Source of the DNA: an uncultured Bifidobacterium sp.
Lineage (GTDB): Bacteria; Bacteroidota; Bacteroidia; UKL13-3
Direction: 5' to 3'
DNA: 64,000 bases
Assembly (NCBI GenBank): GCA_964442045.1
Contig: CAYTWI010000007.1
Location: 1,166-65,165 of the forward strand
The number at the start of each line of letters is the position of its first letter. The stretch's first letter is position 1. The position numbers were made by a program, and so were the translations under genes. Under the pieces are notes generated by a model that worked only from the letters and a program-made list of their open reading frames with translations, made no database searches and was not told the DNA's origin. Below, piece after piece: positions 10,467 through 19,834 of the stretch.

Positions 10467-10474
10467 TAAGTTTG
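10467..10474 (+). promoter_or_regulatory. Bacteroidota-type -7 promoter element (TAnnTTTG)
   Basis: TAAGTTTG lies 31 nt upstream of the ATG at 10505. No good TTTG -33 partner is visible. Confidence 0.35.
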
Positions 10475-10504
10475 CACTTACCAACAATCGGATATATTTT
10501 CATT

Positions 10505-10870
10505 ATGAGAGATGCAGGCGTTTATACACAGCTTTGGAAGAAATACCTTCCTATAATCAGAATTTTACTAAAAAAAACTGAAGATGGAGATCAGAAATTA
10601 CAAATTTACAAACATGAATTTGTTTCAACCGGAGCTAAAAATAAACTAGGCTATATCTTTAATTTAGAGCTTGTAAACGGTAAAGCAGTCAATAAATCAA
10701 ACTCCACAGCTCCTGCCTTTGATTTGTTAAACTTAATGAATGATAACGAACTTATTGCACAATGGTTAAAAGAAAAGTCTGTTAAGATAAGTGTGAATAA
10801 AGCATGTGAGTTAAACTTACAATTAATTCAAAAAGCAGAAGTGTCTGAAGTAGCAGAAGCTGCTATGTAA
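10505..10870 (+). CDS. Hypothetical protein (about 121 aa), divergent from the MarR-efflux operon
   Basis: ORF 10472..10870. I prefer the in-frame ATG at 10505 because the TTG at 10472 overlaps the candidate -7 box. I recognised no motif. Confidence 0.5.
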   Translation: MRDAGVYTQLWKKYLPIIRILLKKTEDGDQKLQIYKHEFVSTGAKNKLGYIFNLELVNGKAVNKSNSTAPAFDLLNLMNDNELIAQWLKEKSVKISVNKACELNLQLIQKAEVSEVAEAAM

Positions 10871-10877
10871 GGCATAC

Positions 10878-11534
10878 TTAATCTTTAATAAAAGAACTTT
10901 TAGCTCCCTGGTATTTACTTTGGGCTAAAAGTTTTTTCATTTTAAGGAGGGTGTTATAGGGTCCATCAACCAGAAATAAGTTGATAAGCCAAACTGGAAT
11001 ATTACCTCCCGGATTAACATACAAATAATATTCACCTTCCACTATTCCGTTTCCTTTAGGTGTAAAGGTCCAGCTTGCTTTTAAAGCGGGTATCTCAACC
11101 AAATCAGTTTTCGGAGGTAACAAGCCCAATATATTATTTGATTTTATAACCACCGTTTTATTGGCAGACTGGCTTATTTTATAATAAATAACAGCGTACC
11201 TGTTACTAACAGGCCATGGAGCTTCCGTTTCCTGATAATAATACAATTCAGAGTCATTCACATTTCTGATGATATAAGCAGTTTTACATCTTTCAATGTA
11301 CTTTTCGTGTATACCTATGTCTTTTACAAAAGCTACCAGGCCATTTAGACTGGAGCTAAAATGAGCTACTGCTTTTACTTCATTAATGGCATGGTTATTA
11401 TTTGTTTTTACATAAACTTTTATACTGTCCAGGTCTTTTTTCAATTCCCACCGGTCATTGTTGTAATGCGTTTTTTGTACAGTGAAGCTAACACAACACA
11501 ACAAAATAGCAGCTATTAAAATCTTCGAATACAA
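10878..11534 (-). CDS. START/SRPBCC-like lipid-binding domain protein, secreted
   Basis: Signal peptide. The pattern WELKKDLDSIKVYVK...VKAVAHF...LVAFVKD...EAPWPVSNRY matches the START domain signature (PWPVSxRD). Confidence 0.6.
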   Translation of the reverse strand: MYSKILIAAILLCCVSFTVQKTHYNNDRWELKKDLDSIKVYVKTNNNHAINEVKAVAHFSSSLNGLVAFVKDIGIHEKYIERCKTAYIIRNVNDSELYYYQETEAPWPVSNRYAVIYYKISQSANKTVVIKSNNILGLLPPKTDLVEIPALKASWTFTPKGNGIVEGEYYLYVNPGGNIPVWLINLFLVDGPYNTLLKMKKLLAQSKYQGAKSSFIKD

Positions 11535-11891
11535 TTTTTTAAATAGTTAATATATGCAAGTTTACTTAATTTTAGAAACCTTGATTCTCTTGAGCTCGTA
11601 ATTTATTTTAGCTAAATCAGTTTATTTTGTTGCATTTTATCCAAAATCCCTTTAATTGCAAGTGTTAGTTTAACTGTTTTAACGGTTGTTTTTTAATTCA
11701 AATGATAGTTTAATTTTTATTTGCTTAACATATTTATATAAGAATAATAAGTATAGGTATTCTATATATAGAGAGCGATGAAAATGATGTGTTTTTAAAA
11801 CAGTATTTAATAAATTTTATATTGACCAATACCCTTAAGGACCATAAATTAATTCATTTATTAATAAACGAATATTAGCAATAAACAATTA

Positions 11892-14800
11892 ATGACAAAT
11901 ATTAATACTGAATCATCCCTATTTGATAAGGCCTTAAAGGAGACGTTATTTAGTAGTTTTGAACATCCGTTTGTAATCATTAATGAATATTACGAAATAC
12001 AAAGTATTCATGGAAATATAGAGTTGTTTTTATCAGCTGTACATTACAATAATAATTTATTAGAATCAGTTCATAGCAGTTTACAAAAAGAAGTGAGTTT
12101 AATAGCTTCACAAGCTATTAAAGAACAAAAAAATGCCAGAAGTACAATTAAAAAAATAAACATTGTCGGCAACACTCACTATATACAATTATCAGCTAAA
12201 GTTTTATTGTTAAATGGCACCAAAACAAAGTTATTCATGATAATTTTTGAAGAAGTGTTTTTTGATGACTTAGAGTTGAATACTGTTAAAAGCTCATTAG
12301 ATTTAAGTTTTAAGCCACAGTCAGTAACCAAAAAGCGTATTCCTGAAGAAAAATACAAAGCATTTATTGAAAATTCAATGAGTGCCTTTTTATTGACTAA
12401 ACTTGATGGAACCATTTTAGAAGTAAATAATGCGGCCATTGAAATATTTGGCTACTCAGAAGAAGAGCTGAAACAAAATGCCTGCCAACATATAATTGAC
12501 CATAATGATCCTCAATTTTCAAAATTATTGGAAGCCCAGTTTAAAAAGGGGAGAATAAAAGGTGAAGCTGTAGGCATTAGAAAAAACGGAGAACATTTTC
12601 CGGTAGAATTTTCCTCGGTTATATTTAAAGATTTTGTTACAGGTGAAGATAGGATAAGCAAGGTAATAACCGATATTTCTGAAATAAGAAAAACAGAAAG
12701 AATGCTGGAGGAGAGCAGTAAAGTTGGTAGAATAGGAGGATGGGAACTGGATTTGTTGCATAACACACTTTATTGGAGTCAGGTAACAAAAGAAATTCAC
12801 GAAGTGCCTGGTGATTTTATTCCTGATATAGAAACAGCTATTAATTTTTATAAAGAAGGATATAATAGAAAAACCATTAACAGGTTATTGAAGGAGACGG
12901 TAGAAAAAGGTACTTCTTTTGATATTGAGTTGAAAATTGTTACTATAAAACAAAGAGAGTGCTGGGTTAGAGTAAAAGGTGAAGCTGAATTTAGAAATGG
13001 AAAGTGCTCCCGTTTATTTGGAATTTTTCAAGATATAGATAAGCAAAAGGTAATACAAGAGAAACTGGAAATTAGTCAGCAGGAATATAAATCTTTATAC
13101 GAACAGAACCCTGCAGCGGTTTTCTCAGTTAATTTAGAAGGTAATTTTATTAGCGCCAATGATGTATTTGCTCAAAAAGCAGATTGCACTATAGAAGAAA
13201 TTTTAAAGAGTAATTTCAATAGGTTTATACACCAGGATGATTTAGCACGCGTAAGCAGCTATTTTGATGATGCTAAAAAAGGTGCAGTTAGTGAAGCAGA
13301 AATAAGAGTAATCAATGCGAAACAAAAAGAAATACTGATATCTTTAATCGTCCTGCCTATTATAGTTAATAATAAAATTACCGGGGTATACGGTATTGCT
13401 AATGATATAACGGCTGATAAATTAATACGCCAGTCTATTGAAAAAGCAAAAAACGACTTAACTAAAATTATGTCGGCTTCTCAGGATATTATTTGCACCA
13501 TTGACAGGGAAGGTAAATTTGTTCTGTTAAATAAAGCAGCAGAACATATACTAGGCTTTCCAATTGATTATTTAAAAGGCAAATCATATAATGAGTTTGT
13601 TTATGAAGCAGATATAGCAGACACTCAAAAATCAATGCATTTGATTATGAATGGCCAGGTAGTGTCTACTTTCGAAAATAGGTATATAAGAATTGACGGG
13701 ACTTCGGTTCCATTATCGTGGTCAGCAAGATGGGACTCTACGGATCAGTTAATGTACTGCGTAGCACGCGATGTAACCCAAAAGAAAAAGGCCGAAGAAG
13801 AAATAATAAAAAGCAATGAACGATTTGAATATGTAACGCAGGCTACGTTTGATGCTATTTGGGACTGGGACATTGTGAATGATTTAATATATTGGGGAAG
13901 CGGCTTTAAAACTTTATTCGGCTATACCAATATAAACGAGTTTGTAAAAGGAAACGAATGGAAGAATAGAATTTACAAAGACGATATACAAAATGTAATG
14001 CAGTCGTTAAATACGTTTTTACAGGGGAGAGAATTAAACTGGACTTATGAATACAAATATTTAAAAGCTGACGGAACCTATGCTTATGTATTAGATAAAG
14101 CTATTGCTGTTAGAGATGGAGCTGGTAAAGCCATTCGTATGATTGGCGCCATGCAGGATTTAACCAAACAAAAACAAGAAGAACACAGGCTTAAATTATT
14201 AGAATCAGTAATTATTAATGCCAAAGATGGGGTAATAATATTAGAAGACGAGCTCAGTGAAAACGCAAGTAAAAAAATTATTTATGTAAATGATGCACTT
14301 TGTAAAATAACAGGATACTCAAAAGAAGAACTAATAGGACGTAGTCCAAATATTTTCCAGGGAGTCAATACCGATCAAAAAGAAATTGAGCGTGTAAAGA
14401 AAGCAATGAATGATTGGCAACCTGTGGAGGCCGAAGTAATTAATTACAGGAAAAATGGTGAGGAGTTCTGGATGAATTTTTCAATTGTGCCTATAGCCAA
14501 TGAAGCAGGCACATATACGCATTGGATTGCAATAGAAAGGGATATAACAGCGCGGAAAATAGCAGAAGAAGAGAAAGAACACTTACTGAAAGAGCTGACC
14601 CAAAATAACAAAGAACTTAAGCAGTTTTCATATATTACCTCTCATAACATGAGGGCTCCGTTAACCAATTTATTGGCTATTTTCGATATTTTAGATTTGT
14701 CTAAAATTACAGATATGGAGACCAGGGTTTTATTAGATGCAATGAAAACATCAACATATCACTTAAATGAAACTTTAAATGATTTGATAAAAATTCTGAT

Positions 14801-15275
14801 TATAAAAGAAAATACAAATCAGGATGTGGAGGAAATATATTTTAGCGATTCTGTACGAGCAGTAACTAAATCCATAGACTCGCTATTAAAAAATGCCAAG
14901 GCGAGTATAAAAAGCAACTTTAGTAAAGCTGAAAAAGTAAACTTTAACAAAAGCTATTTAGAGAGCATTTTTTTAAATTTAATTACCAATTCAATAAAAT
15001 ATGCTCACCCTGACAGAAGGACTCAAATAAGCATTACGACCACTGCCGTTAATAATACCATAGAACTTGTTTTTACTGACAATGGATTAGGGTTTGACAA
15101 TGAAAAAGTGAGAGGTAAAATTTTTGGTTTATATCAAAAATTCCATAATCATCCTGATAGTAAAGGGATTGGTTTGTATTTGGTATATTCGCAAGTGATT
15201 TCCTTAGGTGGAAATATTAAAGTGAGCAGTAAAGAAAATGAAGGCACTACTTTTACAATAACGTTTTTAAATTAA
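11892..15275 (+). CDS. Soluble multi-PAS sensor histidine kinase (paralog 1)
   Basis: No TM segments. Multiple PAS/PAC modules, then a kinase core with H-box FSYITSHNMRAP (His codon 14643..14645), N-box FLNLITNSIKY, G1 DNGLGF and G2 GIGLYL. Confidence 0.9.
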   Translation: MTNINTESSLFDKALKETLFSSFEHPFVIINEYYEIQSIHGNIELFLSAVHYNNNLLESVHSSLQKEVSLIASQAIKEQKNARSTIKKINIVGNTHYIQLSAKVLLLNGTKTKLFMIIFEEVFFDDLELNTVKSSLDLSFKPQSVTKKRIPEEKYKAFIENSMSAFLLTKLDGTILEVNNAAIEIFGYSEEELKQNACQHIIDHNDPQFSKLLEAQFKKGRIKGEAVGIRKNGEHFPVEFSSVIFKDFVTGEDRISKVITDISEIRKTERMLEESSKVGRIGGWELDLLHNTLYWSQVTKEIHEVPGDFIPDIETAINFYKEGYNRKTINRLLKETVEKGTSFDIELKIVTIKQRECWVRVKGEAEFRNGKCSRLFGIFQDIDKQKVIQEKLEISQQEYKSLYEQNPAAVFSVNLEGNFISANDVFAQKADCTIEEILKSNFNRFIHQDDLARVSSYFDDAKKGAVSEAEIRVINAKQKEILISLIVLPIIVNNKITGVYGIANDITADKLIRQSIEKAKNDLTKIMSASQDIICTIDREGKFVLLNKAAEHILGFPIDYLKGKSYNEFVYEADIADTQKSMHLIMNGQVVSTFENRYIRIDGTSVPLSWSARWDSTDQLMYCVARDVTQKKKAEEEIIKSNERFEYVTQATFDAIWDWDIVNDLIYWGSGFKTLFGYTNINEFVKGNEWKNRIYKDDIQNVMQSLNTFLQGRELNWTYEYKYLKADGTYAYVLDKAIAVRDGAGKAIRMIGAMQDLTKQKQEEHRLKLLESVIINAKDGVIILEDELSENASKKIIYVNDALCKITGYSKEELIGRSPNIFQGVNTDQKEIERVKKAMNDWQPVEAEVINYRKNGEEFWMNFSIVPIANEAGTYTHWIAIERDITARKIAEEEKEHLLKELTQNNKELKQFSYITSHNMRAPLTNLLAIFDILDLSKITDMETRVLLDAMKTSTYHLNETLNDLIKILIIKENTNQDVEEIYFSDSVRAVTKSIDSLLKNAKASIKSNFSKAEKVNFNKSYLESIFLNLITNSIKYAHPDRRTQISITTTAVNNTIELVFTDNGLGFDNEKVRGKIFGLYQKFHNHPDSKGIGLYLVYSQVISLGGNIKVSSKENEGTTFTITFLN

Positions 15276-15283
15276 CAACAAAT

Positions 15284-15709
15284 ATGATTCCATTAGTACT
15301 CTGCGTTGATGATGATAAAGTTGCTTTAATGATAAGTAAGTTAAACTTTAAAAAGGCAAGTTTTTGTTCAGAAGTGGTAACTGCTGAAAATGGTAAAGAA
15401 GCACTTGATTATTTTGAACAACAAGATAAATTGGCTGAAAACGACAGAAAAATACCTAATTTGATTTTCCTTGATTTGAATATGCCATTGATGGATGGAT
15501 GGGAGTTTTTAGATTTGTTTGCTAAAAAGTACGGAAGTGTTTATCCTGACATCAAAATAGCATTATTGTCATCCAGTGTTAACCCTGAAGATAAAACAAA
15601 GGCAGACCAGAATCCAATGATTTTTTGTTTTATTGATAAAGCATTAGGTATAGATAATTTAAAGGAATTAAGACAAAATAAAGAAGTGAAACACTATTTT
15701 GCGGAATAA
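15284..15709 (+). CDS. Single-domain (receiver-only) response regulator
   Basis: VLCVDDD acidic pocket, phospho-acceptor Asp in FLDLNMP (15473..15475), LLSSS, and conserved Lys in FIDKAL. There is no output domain. It starts 8 nt after the kinase stop. Confidence 0.9.
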   Translation: MIPLVLCVDDDKVALMISKLNFKKASFCSEVVTAENGKEALDYFEQQDKLAENDRKIPNLIFLDLNMPLMDGWEFLDLFAKKYGSVYPDIKIALLSSSVNPEDKTKADQNPMIFCFIDKALGIDNLKELRQNKEVKHYFAE

Positions 15710-15886
15710 TACTTTTATAGGTGAGCTATGTATTTATTGCATTAATGTTAGCAAGTAAGTTTAAAACTCCATAAAATGATACAACAAAATAGTTCTAAGT
15801 GAATTATTTTTGATTCGTACTCATTTGTGATAAATTTTATACCAAAAGTCTATCAAAAATGTGTAAAGGATTTCCATAAAATATAA

Positions 15887-18800
15887 TTGATAATAAAATT
15901 GAATAGCTCAATTAACTATAATACTTTAAAAACTATATTAGATAATGCAAAACAGGCATTGTTTGTAACCAATGCAAAGGGTAATATTTGTAAAGCCAAT
16001 AATACAGCCGGCAAAATATTTGGATATAGTAATGAAGAACTGCTCAATTATTCATTTACCGATTTAGTTAAAAATCCGACTCAAACAATTGATTTTGCTA
16101 GTTTTGTCAAGCTAGATGTAAATCCTTTAACAAAATTTACAGGTGTTCATAAAGAAGGGTTCCATTTTCCTGTTTTTATTACTAATATTTTTTTTGTTGA
16201 TGAGCAAAATGGAGAGCAACATTATTATATTACATGTAACAATACCAATCAAACAGAAATAGCAAATTCAGCCTTTAATGAAACAGATACATTAGAAAAA
16301 AACGAAGCTAAATTAAAAGCTATAGTTAAAAATATAGCTGATGTAATAACAGTTGTAAACAGGAAATTAGAAGTTGTATTTCAAAGTTCATCCATCAAAA
16401 ACATATTGGGTTATGACGAGGATGAACTCATTGGTCAGAATATTTTAAATTATATTCATAAAGATGATCAGGTACTTATAAAACATGAATTTGAAAAAGG
16501 TATTGAAAAGGGAGGGTTAAGCAATTTAATTGAGTTCAGATTTTTAAGTAAAAATGGAAGTTATGTATATTTTGAAGCCAGTGGGAACAGCCAGTTGGAT
16601 AATCCTGCAGTAAATGGCATTATTATTAATTCAAGGGATATAACTACCAGAAAACAGATTGAAAAAGAAATAGTATTATCGCGATTTACTTTAAATAATA
16701 TAGAAAGTTCCATACTATGGAATATGCCCGATGGCACTTTTTTAGATTATAACGATTATGCTTATAAAATGCTGGGTTATACTAAAGAAGAATTTAAAAA
16801 TATATCCGTTGCTAATATCGACTATAATTACACCCCCGAAGTTTGGGTACAGCACTGGGAACATTTAAGAAAAGAAAAACACCTGAGTTTTGAGAGTAAA
16901 CACATTCATAAAGATGGTACTTTAATTGATGTTGAAATTAATGCTAACTATATTCAATACGGAGATTTAGAATTAAACTGTGCTTTGGTTAATGATATAA
17001 CCAACCGTAAAAAAGTAGAAGATGCTCTTCAGGCATCTGAAAGCCAGATTCGTTCTGTTTTCGACAATACAGAAATAGGTTTTATTTTATTCTCTACTGA
17101 TTTAAAAATAGTTTCATTTAATGGAAGAGCTCAGCAATATACTGTTGACGAGCATAACAAAGAATTGGTTAAGGATGCTTATTATTTAGATTATTTTCCA
17201 TTGGATTCAAGAGCCGGTATTTTAGAGCGCGCACAGCATGTGCTTGCCGGTAATAAAATGGATTTTGATGTAATTGGAAATAAAACCCGGGACAATCTGG
17301 AGAATTGGTTTAATATCAAGTTTTCACCGATTACAAATAAAAGTAATGAAGTAGTAGGTTTACTAATGGCTTTGGAAAACATTAGCGAACGTAAAAAAAT
17401 TGAAAAAGATTTAAAGATAAGTAACGAACGATTTGAATATGTTACCCAAGCTACGTTTGATGCTATTTGGGATTGGGACTTATTGACGAACCATTTATTT
17501 TGGGGTAAGGGTTATTATACTTTGTTTGGTTATGATGTAATTGAAAATAATAATTACTTTAATGAGTCAAATTATTTTATTCATGCTGAAGACAGAGAAC
17601 GAATATTTGAAAGTTTACAAAAAGCAATTGATAGTGGAGAGAATAATTGGAACGCTCAGTACCGGTATTTAAAATCAAATGGTGAATATGCTTTTGTTGA
17701 AGATAAGGGTGTAATAGTGAGGAATGAAAATGGCAAAGCCATTAGAATGATAGGAGCGATGCAGGACATAAGCTCACAAAAACACAAAGAACAACAATTA
17801 AAACTGTACGAATCAGTTATTACAAACTCAACTGAAAGTGTTTTAATAACAGGTGCGAATGAAACCGAAGAAGGTTATGAAATAGTTTTTGTGAACGAAG
17901 CTTTCACTAAAATGACGGGTTATACCAAAAAAGAAGTAATTGGTAAAACGCCCAAAATATTACAAGGACCTAAAACAAATAAAAAAGCATTAGACCGTTT
18001 AGACAGAGCTTTAAAAAACTTTAAACCCTGCGAAATTGAAGTAATTAATTACAAAAAAAACGGAGAAGAGTTTTGGGTTAACTTAGCTATTGTTCCTATT
18101 GGTGATATGGATGGTTCATATACCAACTGGGTTTCCATTCAACGAGATACGACAGAGCGTAATAAAAACATAATTGAAAAAGAAACCATATTTGAAATAG
18201 TTAAGTCAATTAATGGCAGTAATAATTTAGAAAACTCTTTAGGCGAAGTAATAGAAAAAGTTTGCCGGCATTTAGATTTTCAATATGGGGAAGTCTGGTC
18301 TTTGAATATTGATGAGAATAAAATGGTTTTCAGGGCAGATTGGAGTACCAATAAAAAAATATTTTTAAAAAGAAGCGATGCCAGCATAAGTACTATAGAA
18401 AAAGGTGAAGGTTTGCCAGGTACAGCCTGGTTAAACAAAGAAAGGATATACATAAAAGATTTACAGAATTCTATTTTTGTAAGAAAAGAAAGTGCTAAAA
18501 ATGCAGGCTTGGTGAGTGGAATGGCTTTACCTATTTATTTCAACAATGAAGTAGTGGCCGTATTTAATCTGTTTTCAGTCAAACCATTTACAAAAGACCA
18601 GCTATACGCAGATTTGCTAAATAAACTAACAAGCCAGATAGGAGCCGATATTCAAAAAAACAGGAAAGAACTGGAGTTGAACCAGTTTTTTACCTTATCG
18701 CCTGACTTGCTTTCTATAGCCGGTATGGATGGCTACTTTAAAAAAATAAATCCTGCCTTTACCAGAATTTTAGGATATACGGAGCAGGAATTACTTGCTG

Positions 18801-19723
18801 TACCACTCATAGAATTTGTGCATGCAGATGATAAACATAAAACATTATTTACCGTTGAAAATTTTCAGGAAAATAATTCAAATATTTATATTGAAAACAG
18901 GTTTATAGCTAAAAATGGTGAAATAAAATGGCTTGCATGGACTTGCACTCCCTTGGTTAAAGAAGGACTTATTTTTTCTGCTACAAAAGATATAACTGAA
19001 AAGAAAAAAATGGATGATGAGCGTAAAAAACTTATCAATGAACTAACAAGCAATAACAAAGAGTTAAAGCAGTTCTCCTATATTACTTCGCATAATATGA
19101 GAGCGCCTTTAACTAATTTATTGGCCATTTTTCAAATGTTAGATACTTCAAAAATTGTTGATGAAGAAACATTGACTTTAATAGAAGCTATGAGGCAGTC
19201 AACTCAAAACTTAAATGAGACACTTAACGACTTAATTAAAATTTTAATTATAAAAGAAAACACCAACCAAAAAGTATTTGACCTTGAATTTAAAGCAGTG
19301 CTTGATTATGTATGCGAAAGCATAAGTTCTATTATTAATAATTCAGATGCAATTATTAAAGTTGATTTTTCAAAAGCCCCTGTAGTAAGTTTTAATAAAG
19401 GTTATTTGGAAAGTATATTTTTAAATTTAATAACCAACTCAATCAAATATGCTCATCCGGCCCGTAAACCTGTTATCCAAATTGAAGCAAAATCAGGTAC
19501 AGAGTTTATTGAATTAATTTTTAAGGACAATGGGCTTGGCTTTAATGAAGAAAAAGTAAAAGGTAAAATATTTGGGTTGTACCAAAAGTTTCATAACCAT
19601 CCTGATAGCAAAGGAATAGGGCTGTATTTGGTATACTCACAGGTAACAGCATTAGGTGGCGAAATATCAGTTAATAGTATAGAAGGTGAGGGCACCACGT
19701 TTATAATAAAATTCAAAAAATAA
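15887..19723 (+). CDS. Soluble multi-PAS/GAF sensor histidine kinase (paralog 2)
   Basis: 1278 aa with several PAS modules, a GAF-like module (about 18170..18655), a further PAS, then the same kinase core (His codon 19091..19093). The start must be non-ATG (TTG 15887 or TTG 15899) because TAA at 15884 closes the frame. Confidence 0.85.
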   Translation: MIIKLNSSINYNTLKTILDNAKQALFVTNAKGNICKANNTAGKIFGYSNEELLNYSFTDLVKNPTQTIDFASFVKLDVNPLTKFTGVHKEGFHFPVFITNIFFVDEQNGEQHYYITCNNTNQTEIANSAFNETDTLEKNEAKLKAIVKNIADVITVVNRKLEVVFQSSSIKNILGYDEDELIGQNILNYIHKDDQVLIKHEFEKGIEKGGLSNLIEFRFLSKNGSYVYFEASGNSQLDNPAVNGIIINSRDITTRKQIEKEIVLSRFTLNNIESSILWNMPDGTFLDYNDYAYKMLGYTKEEFKNISVANIDYNYTPEVWVQHWEHLRKEKHLSFESKHIHKDGTLIDVEINANYIQYGDLELNCALVNDITNRKKVEDALQASESQIRSVFDNTEIGFILFSTDLKIVSFNGRAQQYTVDEHNKELVKDAYYLDYFPLDSRAGILERAQHVLAGNKMDFDVIGNKTRDNLENWFNIKFSPITNKSNEVVGLLMALENISERKKIEKDLKISNERFEYVTQATFDAIWDWDLLTNHLFWGKGYYTLFGYDVIENNNYFNESNYFIHAEDRERIFESLQKAIDSGENNWNAQYRYLKSNGEYAFVEDKGVIVRNENGKAIRMIGAMQDISSQKHKEQQLKLYESVITNSTESVLITGANETEEGYEIVFVNEAFTKMTGYTKKEVIGKTPKILQGPKTNKKALDRLDRALKNFKPCEIEVINYKKNGEEFWVNLAIVPIGDMDGSYTNWVSIQRDTTERNKNIIEKETIFEIVKSINGSNNLENSLGEVIEKVCRHLDFQYGEVWSLNIDENKMVFRADWSTNKKIFLKRSDASISTIEKGEGLPGTAWLNKERIYIKDLQNSIFVRKESAKNAGLVSGMALPIYFNNEVVAVFNLFSVKPFTKDQLYADLLNKLTSQIGADIQKNRKELELNQFFTLSPDLLSIAGMDGYFKKINPAFTRILGYTEQELLAVPLIEFVHADDKHKTLFTVENFQENNSNIYIENRFIAKNGEIKWLAWTCTPLVKEGLIFSATKDITEKKKMDDERKKLINELTSNNKELKQFSYITSHNMRAPLTNLLAIFQMLDTSKIVDEETLTLIEAMRQSTQNLNETLNDLIKILIIKENTNQKVFDLEFKAVLDYVCESISSIINNSDAIIKVDFSKAPVVSFNKGYLESIFLNLITNSIKYAHPARKPVIQIEAKSGTEFIELIFKDNGLGFNEEKVKGKIFGLYQKFHNHPDSKGIGLYLVYSQVTALGGEISVNSIEGEGTTFIIKFKK

Positions 19724-19834
19724 AAAATTTACTACATAGGTTAATTAATTTTATGATTTAAATATTCAGGCTTTACCGGAATGTAATTAGTATGATTGTA
19801 GTGTAATAATAAGATTGTTTAAAATGGTTAATTG

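Noticed and set aside
10472-10504. TTG start at 10472 for the hypothetical gene.
   Set aside because: It overlaps the candidate -7 promoter box (10467..10474) and adds a hydrophobic 11-aa extension. The ATG at 10505 is more plausible, though this is unverified.
11535-11891. 357-nt AT-rich intergenic region upstream of HK1 as a possible ncRNA or riboswitch.
   Set aside because: I found no stable stem-loops, conserved riboswitch cores or promoter/terminator pair defining a small RNA. It is most simply a promoter/leader region, and a covariance-model scan (Rfam) would be needed to say more.
14183-18163. Calling the LOV-like modules of HK1 and HK2 blue-light photoreceptors.
   Set aside because: The adduct-forming Cys is Pro in both. 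Further flavin-contact positions (Arg of NCRFLQ, Asn of FWN, and Gln in HK1) are substituted. I report them only as LOV-related PAS domains of unknown ligand.
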